A stretch of 30,821 nt of DNA, from contig CAZSWP010000043.1 of NCBI GenBank assembly GCA_964610875.1, positions 1-30,821 of the forward strand, read 5' to 3'. The position numbers and the translations under genes are program-made. The notes beneath the pieces were generated by a model, which was not told where the DNA came from, made no database searches, and saw nothing but the letters and a program-made list of their open reading frames with translations. Positions 16,718-27,751 of this stretch are shown here, piece by piece. The stretch's first letter is position 1, and every line of letters starts with the position of its first letter. Origin of the DNA: an uncultured archaeon. GTDB lineage: Archaea; Asgardarchaeota; Thorarchaeia; Thorarchaeales; Thorarchaeaceae.

Positions 16718-17078
16718 TATATTCTTCATAGCTTTGGGGGCTTTTTTAGGAGCTATCATTCGGGTTGGAATTTCGCATCTGTCTGAGCGGTTTACATACA
16801 AAGGACTTCCCATCGCAACACTCACTGTGAATGTTGGTGGTTCTTTCCTTCTTGGTATTGTTATTACAATTTTAATCACTCCAACTGCTGTGTACCTATT
16901 TCTCGTCATTGGTTTTCTCTCATCCCTGACAACTTTCTCTACATTTGTGATGGAGTTAGATACTCTGTGGAATTCTAATAAGAAATATGCATTACAATAT
17001 GCTGTGCTATCATTGAGTCTCGGATTTCTTCTCCTACTCATTGGTCTTAATATGGGCCAATTACTGTCAGGAGCATAA
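16710..17078 (+). CDS. crcB: Fluc/CrcB fluoride channel subunit 2
   Basis: GAFLGAIIR, TLTVNVGGSF, GFLSSLTTFSTFVME; TTG start at 16710 after AGGAG, overlapping crcB1. Confidence 0.9.
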   Translation: MFDIFFIALGAFLGAIIRVGISHLSERFTYKGLPIATLTVNVGGSFLLGIVITILITPTAVYLFLVIGFLSSLTTFSTFVMELDTLWNSNKKYALQYAVLSLSLGFLLLLIGLNMGQLLSGA

Positions 17079-17398
17079 TGAACGTGATAGTGACAAGACT
17101 TAGTGCTGAGAGATATGAGAAACCTTGTTATCAAACTGGTCATCTAGGAATTCACAGAACAAATGAGAAATATGTCAAATGTAGAAATCATCCCGAGAAC
17201 AGCGAACGGTGAGCAAATTATCTGGTAGGTTCTTATAGAAGCCACTCTGGCATATTTTCATCATCTATTATCATAGATTCTAATGTTTCATCCATGTTAA
17301 TCACATGAATTTCAGAAAGGTACAACTAACAGGTTCAGCATTCGAATCATATTCAATAGAACGCAAGTGCTTTCATTGGAGCACTGTGATTGACCTTA

Positions 17399-20300
17399 CT
17401 AACTCTTCTTTCTCATTATCACTATGACTATTGTGACCACCACTGCCACTCCTGCAACTATGATGAAAATCAACACAATGAAGCCCCCATCGGTCGGAGT
17501 TGTGGTCGTTCCTGTAGTTGGGGTTGTTGTTGTTGGTGAGGTCATGGTAGTTGAGGGCTGTACTGTCACGAATACTTGATCAGTCACCGCATTTCCTGAA
17601 GTGTCTACTACACGAACAGTATAGTTCCATGTTCCGACATCCAAACCATCTACGGATATCTGAATAGTTTCTGTTGATGAGTTCCAATCACCTGATTCTA
17701 TGAGTGTACCATTTCTGAATACTTCATACTCCGAGGGGTGGTCATCATAAGGTGTCCATGCAATCAAGAAACCAGTTGCCCCTTCTGTATAGACGATATC
17801 CGTTGGATGATTTATGCTTGGGACTGTAGTATCTGAGATTACAAGCACCATAACTTGGTCTGAAACAGTGTTACCTCCAATGTCAACGACCAGTATCGTG
17901 AAGTTATGAGTACCGGAGCCCAAACCATCAACTGAGATAGTAATAGTTTCTTCAGTGGAGTTCCACAGCCCTGATTTCACAGTTGTACCATTCCGATAAA
18001 TTTCGAAATTGTCTGGATGAGAGTCTTCGGGATTCCATTCTATAACATTCCCAGTTTCTTCCGCATTATAACTGAAGTCATCGGGGTGGTCTATTGTCGG
18101 AGGTGTGCCATCATACACTGTCACAAAGACAATATCACTGACTGAAACACCCTTGGTGTTATTCACTATCAGAGTGTAATTATAGACTCCTAGACTAAGG
18201 CCATCTACATCAATCTCTATAGTTGAGCCATCCCAATCACCAGACTCAAGTTCTGTACCGTTTCGTAGTATTCGATATGAATCAGGGTTCGAATCTGTCG
18301 GAGTCCAAACAATACTAGATCCTGTTGAACCTTCACTGTATTCAATATCCGATGGATGATTAATCTCAGGTGCTGGGGGTTCAGTGACAGTGACCTGCAA
18401 GCTATCTGTTGAATAATAGCCAACCCTATCGTTTACCGTTATTGATATTGTGTTTATTCCAACATCCAGACCATCAACATTGATGATAATGTTAGATCCA
18501 TTCCAATCAGAATTAATCCAAGGTTCACCATTTAGAGTGACATTATAGTGGCTTGGCGTAAGTTCGCTTACCACCCATGTAACTGTGTGGCCAGTAGTAT
18601 CTACCTCGTATTCAAAGTCATCTGGAGATGAGATCTGGGGGACTGTTTCATCGTAATAGATTGTTATGTTGACCTCTCCAAGGTTGCCTACCTCATCCAT
18701 TGAACGGTGACAAAGGATGTAGCTTCTCTCATCACTCAAAGCCAGATTATAGAGCATATAATCAGTCTGACCTGAGGCAGACTCATTCTTCACAAGTGTG
18801 CCGTCAAGGTAGACCGCAATCCACAACAGGTTGGAGATATCGTCCGTGGCATCCACCCTCCAGCTTGGATTGCTATTACTCGTAGCAGTCCCATCTTCAA
18901 TTGAAGGCTCAAGAACGGGCCCTGTGTTGTCGATTATAATCACAATACTTTCAGTAAAGTCATTGACGGAGTTCACTGTGGCTGTTACATTCAACGTGTA
19001 TAGTCCGTCTGAGTGTTCAGTTGTATTGAGATCAAATTCTATCTGGCCCTCTCCCCCACTACCTATTTGTGTACCATTTAGAGTAATAATGGTCAATACT
19101 GAAATAGAACCCTCATAGTAGAAACCAGTTTCAATCTCAATAATGACAGATACATTTGCGAGTCCATTTAGTAATTCGTTGTCTTCAGGAGAGTATATGG
19201 TTATAATCACCGTGTATTCGAGGGGGTCGGTCATCAACGGTAAGTAGTCAGTTTCACCAGCACTCGTAACGCTGAACGGGTCGTCCCCAATGCCATCATC
19301 ATTTTCGTCCGTGCCGGTGTAGTCGTACCAATAGTTCCCATACTCAGTTCCATTAAGAGAGAAGTGGGTTACCTGCCACTCACCAATGAAATCATAATCT
19401 ATAAGGAAAGCATTTAGTGTGAAGGTAGCATTCTCCGTAGTTTCGATGAAATCAATCGTGACATTGTTGAATGTATTTCCTGTAAAGAGATAGTCATCAC
19501 CCACCATCGCGATGTTAGTGTTTATTGTCGAATTTGATACGGTGATATTTACTGAATCGAAGACTAGGAAGTCGTCTGTTCCATTCACTTCAAATCCTAC
19601 AACTGTGACGTTGCTGGATTTGATTACAGCTAGGGAGTATGTTTCATGACTGGATACCACTGCATCGGATATGTTAAAGTAGCAGTAGATTGGCAGTCCT
19701 TCGAGTGTGTTACTGGTGTCGATATCGAGTTTTAGGTCTGAACCATACCAAAGATCAGTGTACTCAAATGCTCCAGATATCATATCCGCAATCGAACAAT
19801 CTCTCATAATCAATGAGGGTTCATCCAGATGAATAGCCCAATCACCATTGGTTAGAATACTCTCATTCAGGTATATGTCTTCTACAGTAACTAAGTATAG
19901 TCCGTATGTGAAACTATCGAGAGTCATGTTAGATAGAGAAATGTTTCTGCAATGATCAATATAGACTCCATTACCTGAAGCACTGGTAATTGTTGTGTTT
20001 AGAATAGTGATGTTCTCGATCCATTCATATCCGTCAAGTTTGATACCATCAATGCATGATATCATTGTTTCATTTGCGATCGTAATGTCATACTGCGCAC
20101 TGCTTGATTCTGCATTCAGGACAATCGGGTAGTCTACGTTTGAATACAAGTTTCCTACTATAGTGCAATCGAAGAGGGCACCATCTGAAGAGTAGAATCC
20201 ATTGTCACAGTCATAGAATTCATTATCAATGATACTGGACCCATGCAAGTCAACAGCATTGATTGCTATGCCGCAGAATCTGAAAGTGTTTTTCTCTAGA

Positions 20301-23300
20301 AGAACAATAGCAAATGAATCTCCTATGAACCCTGTATCGCAATCATAGAACAGTGTTCCAGTTACGTTGAGCTCTCGGGTCTGGAATGTACTCTCAAGTT
20401 TAATACCCCTTGTGAAGTAGTAGAACTCACAATTTTCAATTGTGCCATTTGAAAGGTCATCGATAGTAATCCCGTTACTGCCATTTGAAGCATATGATTC
20501 TGATATCAAATACCAATCCGTTTCATCGATGGTGAAGGACTGTCCCGTATCAAACATCTCAAAATGAATATTTCTGATGGTCGCATTTTGAACATAATAG
20601 CAGAACACTCCGTTTACTGTTACATTATAGGCATTACAACCATCAACAAGTATGTTTTCTGCAGTGTGACCGCCAATTACTGTTCTGGCATTGTAGAAGT
20701 CAGAATTCAGTATATTCAGTGTTCCTGTAGCCTGATCATAATAGACACCGTCATTGCAGGTGTACACGATGATATTCTCAATTGTGACGTCTTCACCTCT
20801 TACTCTTATTGCTTCATCGACAGAATAGAACACCCAGTCACGGACTGTGATATTGCTATGAAACCCTATGTATAGTGCATATTGTGTGGCATTGTAAACA
20901 GTGCAATTCTCTAGTACAAGGTCTCTACCGCCAGATCCGGAGAGGCGGAGTCCATCTTGTATGTCTGTAAATGTAGTATTCAACAGCACAATGTTTGTTG
21001 TGAATGACTCATACCTGAAAAGACCAATCAGGTTGACACCGTATAGAGATACTGCTGAACCAGCGGCTGAGGACATCCCGAACTTGTAACTTGAGTTTAC
21101 CGCCATGAGGATTGCGCCATGAGCGGTTATGTTTCCTCCAACGTGTATGTTCACCGAATATTCGTTTAGCGAAGAGCAGTTAATCCACAACCTCGTATTG
21201 AACATCAATAGAGTGCTGTAGACTTCTGTATCTCCAGTTATTGTGTAGTTGGTGTCCAATGCAATAGTCGTCCGGTTTACAATCCAGCCAGTAGGTGTCG
21301 GCTGGTTTCCATAGACCATCATTGGGCAGTTATTAGTAATGTCTGAGATCGCTGATGAGTATGGAGTATCACCAACAAGATCCCCATCATCATCTCCACC
21401 ATCAAAGTCGAAGTAGAAGTTGCCATGAGTCCCATCATCGTATGTATTGCTTAGGGTGCCAACTTCCTCGATGTGATAAGTATTTTCAATGAAAGCATTG
21501 TAGAGGACATCATTTCCATTCGAGGCGATATATAGAGCGACACCTTCAATCTCTGCAAATATGTTGTCTTCAATCAGGTTATTATCTGAGGAGGAGTCAA
21601 GAACAAGTCCAAATGCAACACATCCAGTGAAATTATTCCTGAATATGTGACAATCAGTAGATGAGTTGAGCTGTATACCACTGCCAACATTGTCGAAGAA
21701 TAGATGGCTGATATTACAAAGTGTACAGCCCTGTATTCTTAGCCCAACGTCACAGTCGTAGAAGCTTACATTTGAAATCTCAAGTCCAATTTGATTCAGC
21801 TCCATGCCGAGTTTGGACTCATACACTCTCAGATGATTGAATGAAACAGAGGTGATATTGATTATGAATCCAGGATTTCCAGCGCCATATCCACATCTTC
21901 GAATCGATGAATTATATATGACTAAACTTGAACCAGTCCTGAGGACAAATCCATATGTTGCATCAGTCTGGTTTGCAGTGATAGTTGCTCCAGCTAATAG
22001 CCTGAGTTCTCCACCGTCCTCAATTATGATGGGCTGGACTGTTGAAGAATCGGATTGGAACTCGATTGTCGTACCAATGAGAGTACAATTCCCATCACTC
22101 CAGATCCACATATCTTCCTGAGGATATACTGTTGTATTCAGGACAATGAAACGGAACCCGATTATGAAATGAGTCTCGATAGTGTTTGGATAGTTCAGAA
22201 ATTCTAGCTGGTTATGCAACAACGGATAATTGTCATAAATTCCAGTATCTAACTGATATGACACGTCACCAATCCATGGGTTTCCTCCAGTATCATAGCT
22301 ATCACAGTATTCTGTCCGTCGTGACCCTGATGGACCCCAGAAGTTTCCGTAGGTTCCATTATCGAAAGTCATCCCGCCGGTTCGGTCTATATTGCCTTCA
22401 TCATTTTCGTATAGGAAGTTCAACCAGAACGTTGTTCCACTACACCCATCAGAATCAAATCCAAATCCAGCATTCAGAATCATAGTATTATTGTATACTC
22501 TGCTATTGCGAATACCAATGAGAGTGATACCGTTGCCACCGCATGACTCCACAATGTTGTGTGTAATATTGCTGTAGTAACTGTATTCTCCCAACTGACT
22601 TGAAATCTGCATTCCATAACTGCCAGCTGATTGTACATAATTATCCTTAACGATAGAGTAGTTGGAAAGCCCGTCTGCACGGATTCCATAACTACTACAG
22701 TTGGATATTCTATTCCCGTCAAGGACTACTTTCGACTCATAGGTGGTTACACGGATTCCTAATCCTGTTATGTTCTCAATAGTGTTTCCAGACACAACTG
22801 GATTCTTGCATTCTGAAAGGTTATCAATAATCTTTATTGCATCAGAGGCATTCACAATAGTGTTACCAACAACAGTTGCATTGTTTCCATCGACCGCAAT
22901 TGCAGTACCTCCAGCTAGACGGAAGAAGCTATTCTCTATTGTGACATTGTGTACGATTTGATTTGTGATGTCAATGCCAGTAAAGAACGTACATTCTGTG
23001 ACTTTCACGAATCTACAATTACTAGTTAGTAACCATGTCACACCATCGAATGTGCAATTATCGAAAGTAAGATAGTGACAGTTGCCTCCTGTTGAGCCGA
23101 TATCGATGAATCCTGATGAAAGGAATGATGTGTCTTCAAAGGTGATGTCATTCAATGGACCATCAAAATCGATACCACTATTGATAGTGCTTCCTGTGAA
23201 AGTACAACTACTACTATCTTCGAGTAATAACGCTCCATTGAAAGTGTTGTTGTCTGCTGTACCACTCGAAAGCCGATTCAAGTCTGTTGTCCCAATTATG

Positions 23301-25570
23301 ATATTATCATTGAGCACGAGATGAGCGTAACATTCCGTACTACCCCACATCAGACCTCCAGCTTGTATTCCTCCAGAATTGATAGTATTGCCAGACATAA
23401 ATACATCTGTGTCAGTGATCGCATTAAATCGTGAGTAAGCTATTATTCCCTCATCTACACCACAATCAGTGATATTTGCAATAGCATCACCGATTGCAGT
23501 AATATTGAGAGACGCGTTCACAACTGTGCAGTCCTGAGCTATTATGTATAGATCGTACGGATGGTCTGTCTGATAGTCAGAGTAGAGTTCCACTTTCTCT
23601 CCCGATGTCTTGCACTCAATAGAGTTATTCTTGAAAGTGAAATTGGGCCAATCAATCTGGATGGCATTGTCAGTCCCGATTGATTTCAAATCATTGATGA
23701 TATTGTTCTCAAATCTAAGTTTTCCGAAAGGCTCCCAGTCCTCTTCTGAGCTAACATAGTCGCTGTGTAGGGAAACTCTAATTGCAGGGATGTTACTCAC
23801 AGTGTTGTTATTGAAATCGATGAATCTTGATGTTATTGTAAAATCATTCTGACCGGATTGACTATGTATGTTGCTTATCGATGATGCCATTACACCGAAA
23901 TAGAATATATCATTGAAGTGGAAGTCACCCATTTCATCGGATGGGTTTGTTGTCGTAATCTCAGCATCTTGTAACCAAAGTACTGAGCTCTCTCCAAATG
24001 AGAAGGAGTTCCCTTGCCCACAACTCAGAACATTCGAGATGAGAAGGATTGAGCCTGTTGGGCCATCTACTTCGACATCTCCATTGATTGTAAGGTCATT
24101 TACAGAGAATAGGTTGGGGATATCTGTTACCCAATTTCCTGATGAACGGGGTAGTTCGCCAATCATGAAAGACGGGTAATCGTCAGTGATATTCACATGG
24201 GGACTGAAGGATGTTTCGCCGACCCAATCGTTGTCAGAATCCGTCCCGGTATAATTACTCCAGTAGTTTCCGTGTGTCCCATTGTCCCAATTTATTGGGT
24301 CATCACCGTCACCATCTTCTGCGTGTTGATCATTATCGATGAATGCATTGAGGTAAATCTGCTGACCATCTGCATCCTCATGGATTGATAGTCCAAGACT
24401 ATTAGAATAAAGTGCATTTCCATGGATAACACTACCATCTTCGTTTTGTTGCAGCTCAATAGCAATACGAGCACTGTCTATGATGGTATTCCATCTGATG
24501 GTATTGTTTCCATCATAGATTCTAATATCGGAGTCGACAGTATTGTTCCACAACAAATTCTTCTCAACAATTGTATCATTACAAGCCATTTCGATAATGT
24601 GTTGGTCTGTAAAGAGTCCAATATTATTGCTGAAGAACTTGTTTTCTGATACAACGCATCCATGATCAAATATACTAACGGGTGAAGACCCGCATCTAAT
24701 AAACCGGTTGCGCGAAACTGTTGAATTATCACTTACATAGCTGATATGTACAAGATATCCGGTTGGAGAGTTGACCTCATAAAACAGGCTTGAAAGCAAC
24801 TTGAAATCACCGGCGTAATTGAGTCCATATGCTATTCCCTCTGAAACGCTTGGGGGTGCCTGCGAATCGCTACCAAACCTACATTCCTCAATCATGATGT
24901 GACCAGGAAAACTGAATGATCCTCCACTAGTGTCAATTAGATAATCATGGGAGCAATCAATCTCATAGAAACTACAGCCAGTAAAACTAACAGCATGAGC
25001 GCGCTGTATACTCAGTTGTCCAGAGGAATAAGCAAAGTCGCAGTTGACAAAAGTCGCATTCAATGTGCTGTTGTTAATAATGACTTCATCAAAATGCCAG
25101 ATGTAGCCACCAGTCCATGAAACATTTCCATAGAACATAGCAGTGTACTGAGCTTCGACTACTGTACCCCCACCTTCTGATTGTAAATAAGAGTCTATAC
25201 CCACGAGATAACCGCCATCACTTACATTGAGTAAGGATCCGGTGACATTGAAATTGATGACTGAATTCTCAAGTGTAAGGGATCCACCGTCCTCGATTAA
25301 GACATCCCCGTTAACCACCAAGCTTAGATTGTCAGTATATACGGTTGGCTGAGTAATGACCCAGTCACCAGTTCCATCATATACATCGCCGCTTGTAGAA
25401 CCTAGCAGAGCGGGAGGTGTGTATAATAAGGGTGCAGTGTTTCTTTTATCGGCTTGTGTGCTCATATTCTGAGATGACATGGACAGAACTAAGATTAGAG
25501 TCAATGCAAAAAAGAACACGAGTTTTGTTTTCGTAAAACAACTACTCATTATGATGCGAAGCTTCCTCAA
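17399..25570 (-). CDS. Giant cell-surface glycoprotein: NosD/CASH beta-helix modules, Ig-like repeats, Thr-rich linker, C-terminal TM anchor
   Basis: Signal-like N-terminus (alternative start ATG 25549), parallel beta-helix repeats, four GN(Y/F)(W/Y)...GD/GE capping motifs, many NxS/T sequons, TM helix plus RKKS tail. Confidence 0.88.
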   Translation of the reverse strand: MRKLRIIMSSCFTKTKLVFFFALTLILVLSMSSQNMSTQADKRNTAPLLYTPPALLGSTSGDVYDGTGDWVITQPTVYTDNLSLVVNGDVLIEDGGSLTLENSVINFNVTGSLLNVSDGGYLVGIDSYLQSEGGGTVVEAQYTAMFYGNVSWTGGYIWHFDEVIINNSTLNATFVNCDFAYSSGQLSIQRAHAVSFTGCSFYEIDCSHDYLIDTSGGSFSFPGHIMIEECRFGSDSQAPPSVSEGIAYGLNYAGDFKLLSSLFYEVNSPTGYLVHISYVSDNSTVSRNRFIRCGSSPVSIFDHGCVVSENKFFSNNIGLFTDQHIIEMACNDTIVEKNLLWNNTVDSDIRIYDGNNTIRWNTIIDSARIAIELQQNEDGSVIHGNALYSNSLGLSIHEDADGQQIYLNAFIDNDQHAEDGDGDDPINWDNGTHGNYWSNYTGTDSDNDWVGETSFSPHVNITDDYPSFMIGELPRSSGNWVTDIPNLFSVNDLTINGDVEVDGPTGSILLISNVLSCGQGNSFSFGESSVLWLQDAEITTTNPSDEMGDFHFNDIFYFGVMASSISNIHSQSGQNDFTITSRFIDFNNNTVSNIPAIRVSLHSDYVSSEEDWEPFGKLRFENNIINDLKSIGTDNAIQIDWPNFTFKNNSIECKTSGEKVELYSDYQTDHPYDLYIIAQDCTVVNASLNITAIGDAIANITDCGVDEGIIAYSRFNAITDTDVFMSGNTINSGGIQAGGLMWGSTECYAHLVLNDNIIIGTTDLNRLSSGTADNNTFNGALLLEDSSSCTFTGSTINSGIDFDGPLNDITFEDTSFLSSGFIDIGSTGGNCHYLTFDNCTFDGVTWLLTSNCRFVKVTECTFFTGIDITNQIVHNVTIENSFFRLAGGTAIAVDGNNATVVGNTIVNASDAIKIIDNLSECKNPVVSGNTIENITGLGIRVTTYESKVVLDGNRISNCSSYGIRADGLSNYSIVKDNYVQSAGSYGMQISSQLGEYSYYSNITHNIVESCGGNGITLIGIRNSRVYNNTMILNAGFGFDSDGCSGTTFWLNFLYENDEGNIDRTGGMTFDNGTYGNFWGPSGSRRTEYCDSYDTGGNPWIGDVSYQLDTGIYDNYPLLHNQLEFLNYPNTIETHFIIGFRFIVLNTTVYPQEDMWIWSDGNCTLIGTTIEFQSDSSTVQPIIIEDGGELRLLAGATITANQTDATYGFVLRTGSSLVIYNSSIRRCGYGAGNPGFIINITSVSFNHLRVYESKLGMELNQIGLEISNVSFYDCDVGLRIQGCTLCNISHLFFDNVGSGIQLNSSTDCHIFRNNFTGCVAFGLVLDSSSDNNLIEDNIFAEIEGVALYIASNGNDVLYNAFIENTYHIEEVGTLSNTYDDGTHGNFYFDFDGGDDDGDLVGDTPYSSAISDITNNCPMMVYGNQPTPTGWIVNRTTIALDTNYTITGDTEVYSTLLMFNTRLWINCSSLNEYSVNIHVGGNITAHGAILMAVNSSYKFGMSSAAGSAVSLYGVNLIGLFRYESFTTNIVLLNTTFTDIQDGLRLSGSGGRDLVLENCTVYNATQYALYIGFHSNITVRDWVFYSVDEAIRVRGEDVTIENIIVYTCNDGVYYDQATGTLNILNSDFYNARTVIGGHTAENILVDGCNAYNVTVNGVFCYYVQNATIRNIHFEMFDTGQSFTIDETDWYLISESYASNGSNGITIDDLSNGTIENCEFYYFTRGIKLESTFQTRELNVTGTLFYDCDTGFIGDSFAIVLLEKNTFRFCGIAINAVDLHGSSIIDNEFYDCDNGFYSSDGALFDCTIVGNLYSNVDYPIVLNAESSSAQYDITIANETMISCIDGIKLDGYEWIENITILNTTITSASGNGVYIDHCRNISLSNMTLDSFTYGLYLVTVEDIYLNESILTNGDWAIHLDEPSLIMRDCSIADMISGAFEYTDLWYGSDLKLDIDTSNTLEGLPIYCYFNISDAVVSSHETYSLAVIKSSNVTVVGFEVNGTDDFLVFDSVNITVSNSTINTNIAMVGDDYLFTGNTFNNVTIDFIETTENATFTLNAFLIDYDFIGEWQVTHFSLNGTEYGNYWYDYTGTDENDDGIGDDPFSVTSAGETDYLPLMTDPLEYTVIITIYSPEDNELLNGLANVSVIIEIETGFYYEGSISVLTIITLNGTQIGSGGEGQIEFDLNTTEHSDGLYTLNVTATVNSVNDFTESIVIIIDNTGPVLEPSIEDGTATSNSNPSWRVDATDDISNLLWIAVYLDGTLVKNESASGQTDYMLYNLALSDERSYILCHRSMDEVGNLGEVNITIYYDETVPQISSPDDFEYEVDTTGHTVTWVVSELTPSHYNVTLNGEPWINSDWNGSNIIINVDGLDVGINTISITVNDRVGYYSTDSLQVTVTEPPAPEINHPSDIEYSEGSTGSSIVWTPTDSNPDSYRILRNGTELESGDWDGSTIEIDVDGLSLGVYNYTLIVNNTKGVSVSDIVFVTVYDGTPPTIDHPDDFSYNAEETGNVIEWNPEDSHPDNFEIYRNGTTVKSGLWNSTEETITISVDGLGSGTHNFTILVVDIGGNTVSDQVMVLVISDTTVPSINHPTDIVYTEGATGFLIAWTPYDDHPSEYEVFRNGTLIESGDWNSSTETIQISVDGLDVGTWNYTVRVVDTSGNAVTDQVFVTVQPSTTMTSPTTTTPTTGTTTTPTDGGFIVLIFIIVAGVAVVVTIVIVIMRKKS
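17560..18652 (-). repeat. Four tandem ~90-aa Ig-like protein repeats
   Basis: Each matches P.I..P.D..Y.....G..I.W...D..P..Y...RNG......W....I.I.VDGL..G..N.T..V.D..G....D.V.V.V. Confidence 0.85.
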
Positions 25571-25628
25571 CTATCCAAATATAGTCAACACCACTTAAAA
25601 GACTAAGGATATGTAAGATTATGCTCAA

Positions 25629-25646
25629 TATTGAAGGGCTTCAATA
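25629..25646. promoter_or_regulatory. Perfect 8-2-8 inverted repeat upstream of the surface-protein gene
   Basis: TATTGAAG-GG-CTTCAATA. Confidence 0.35.
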
Positions 25647-26057
25647 CAAGTTCTAGGCATTGTTAGTGCACAATTGAAATCAAGTATCGAAGAGCATCCT
25701 GACGTACTAGATACAGTCTACTTCAGCTATCTTTTGAGATCAATGAAGAGAACCCAATTTATCAGAAGCACCCTAGAAAGAATCGAGATAGTATTTCCTG
25801 CAAATATATAGAATTCATGATTATCTATGTAAAAGCATCAAGGAATAATCGAGAAGGTAATCAGTGTGATAACATTGAATGGAGGCATGTATATGACAGT
25901 GACGTTTGACAGAAATCAAGTTGAAGAGGATATAGTAAAGTTGGTAGTTGACAAGACACGGGGTTATCTTAGAGAACCAATATGAACCACCTACTATGTT
26001 TATATCAAGTGACAACCTACTTTGACTTTTGGAATCAGAGGTGAAATATTATTCTCA

Positions 26058-26795
26058 CTACTTCAAACTGCGTTTAAATATCAACTCGCACATTGCGAAT
26101 AGGAATAATAGGTATGTCGCTAAGGCTATGATGTTGACTACTGGAGCTAGGCTAGTCAGCGATTGAGATGTGGCAAGTCTGAAAGCGTTTACCGAATAGG
26201 TTGGAGGTAAGAGGTATGCAATGAACTGAAGTATCATTGGCATCTCATCAACTGGGAGAAAGATTCCGCATAGAAATACCATGGGAAATCTAAAGAAATT
26301 CGACAGAGTCTGAGCCTCAAAGACCTCCTTAACAGACACCGCCACAAGAGCACCTAGCGCAGACATTGATAATAGTGTCAAGACAAGAGCGCCTACAAAG
26401 AAAAGAAGGTCAGTGATTTGCATTCCAAAGAACACTACAGCAAGAATCACCATCAGGAATGATATTACTCCACCAAAGACCGCACCGCCAAATATCTTAC
26501 CCGCTAGTAATGCTCTTATCGATATCGGAGCCAGAAGAAGTCTTTCCAAAGAACCCTGACGCTTCTCAAAGGTTATAACTATTGCTTCCATGCTTGTTGT
26601 TCCAAATATGGCAGCCATTACTACAAGACCTGGTGCCAGTTCTTGGAGTCCTGTCGGGTCTCTAAGGATGAATGCCAATGCAAGAACAAGAGGGAAAAGA
26701 ATACCCCAACTTATGTTAGGAGCCTTGAAATAGTATGCTTTTAGGTCTTTCAGTAGAATGTAGTAAATACCACTTATCTCATTTTTCAGATTCAT
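26058..26795 (-). CDS. ABC-2 type exporter permease
   Basis: Six TM helices, EKRQGSLERLLLAP, FLCGIFLP; ATGA overlap with the ATPase gene. Confidence 0.9.
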   Translation of the reverse strand: MNLKNEISGIYYILLKDLKAYYFKAPNISWGILFPLVLALAFILRDPTGLQELAPGLVVMAAIFGTTSMEAIVITFEKRQGSLERLLLAPISIRALLAGKIFGGAVFGGVISFLMVILAVVFFGMQITDLLFFVGALVLTLLSMSALGALVAVSVKEVFEAQTLSNFFRFPMVFLCGIFLPVDEMPMILQFIAYLLPPTYSVNAFRLATSQSLTSLAPVVNIIALATYLLFLFAMCELIFKRSLK

Positions 26796-27751
26796 TTCTG
26801 AGCTGCCCCCTTCTCTGCTTGCATTCTTTCAGTCGATAGGCCTGTCAACCTAACAAACGCTTCCTCCAATGTGGGTCGTCCTGTTTCAAGTGATTCCACA
26901 GAAACTCCTTCTCGAGATGTAATGTTCACTAACCCTCTTAGAGAATCACTTATGTTTTGAACCACTAAACGGATGAAAGGACCTTCACACTCGAGAAGAC
27001 CAAGTGAGCTGAGTTGACTAAGTAGCGCGTTATCTGGTACTTTTGAGAGTTCTGCCCGGACTACTGACTGCATTTGGGATTGTTTCTTGATCTCTTCAGG
27101 TGTATCGGTGATAATGATCTTCCCCTGTACAAGTATGGCGATTCGATCACAGAGACGATCCGCTTCCTCAATATAGTGGGTCGTCAAGAAAACTGTGGTA
27201 TTCTCAGCACGAATCCGCTCTATGTATTCTCGCAGGGTGTTTGCACTTACTACATCAAGCCCAACAGTAGGTTCGTCTAAGAAGAGAATCTCTGGACTAT
27301 GAACTAGTGATGCAGCTATGACTGCTCGTCGCTTTAAACCCCTTGAGAGTTTGCCAAACTTAGTCGTTTTCCTATCTAGTATATCAAAAGACTGAAGGAC
27401 CTCTGTAATCCGGTCCTTACGTTCATGTACCGGTACATGATACAGCCGAGATATGAACACCAAGTTATCCCAAACAGTGAGTTCATCGTATAGATTCGAA
27501 ACCTCGGGTACCACACCTACACGACTCTTCACTTCAACGAGGTCTTCCGTGACACTGTATCCTGCTACCATTGCTGTGCCGCTGTTTGGAATCGAGAGAC
27601 CTACAAGCATTCTGATCGTGCTAGTCTTTCCAGCCCCATTCGGTCCAAGAAATCCAAAGACCTCTCCCGTATTGACTTCGAAGGATATATTGTCGACAGC
27701 TAAAAAATCATCATAGTACTTCGTAAGATTGTTTATTGCAATGGCTGACAT
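26792..27751 (-). CDS. ABC exporter ATP-binding protein (DrrA-like)
   Basis: GPNGAGKT, LSRG, LFLDEPT, TTH; start reassigned to ATG 27751. Confidence 0.92.
   Translation of the reverse strand: MSAIAINNLTKYYDDFLAVDNISFEVNTGEVFGFLGPNGAGKTSTIRMLVGLSIPNSGTAMVAGYSVTEDLVEVKSRVGVVPEVSNLYDELTVWDNLVFISRLYHVPVHERKDRITEVLQSFDILDRKTTKFGKLSRGLKRRAVIAASLVHSPEILFLDEPTVGLDVVSANTLREYIERIRAENTTVFLTTHYIEEADRLCDRIAILVQGKIIITDTPEEIKKQSQMQSVVRAELSKVPDNALLSQLSSLGLLECEGPFIRLVVQNISDSLRGLVNITSREGVSVESLETGRPTLEEAFVRLTGLSTERMQAEKGAAQK

Noticed and set aside
17500-17560. GTT-rich low-complexity repeat
   Set aside because: It simply encodes the Thr/Pro linker of the surface protein.
25640-26015. Coding-like fragments on the + strand (e.g. 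...GGMYMTVTFDRNQVEEDIVKLVVDK...) and the 64-aa minus-strand ORF
   Set aside because: Interrupted, with no clear start; possibly a gene relic, but the family cannot be supported by eye.
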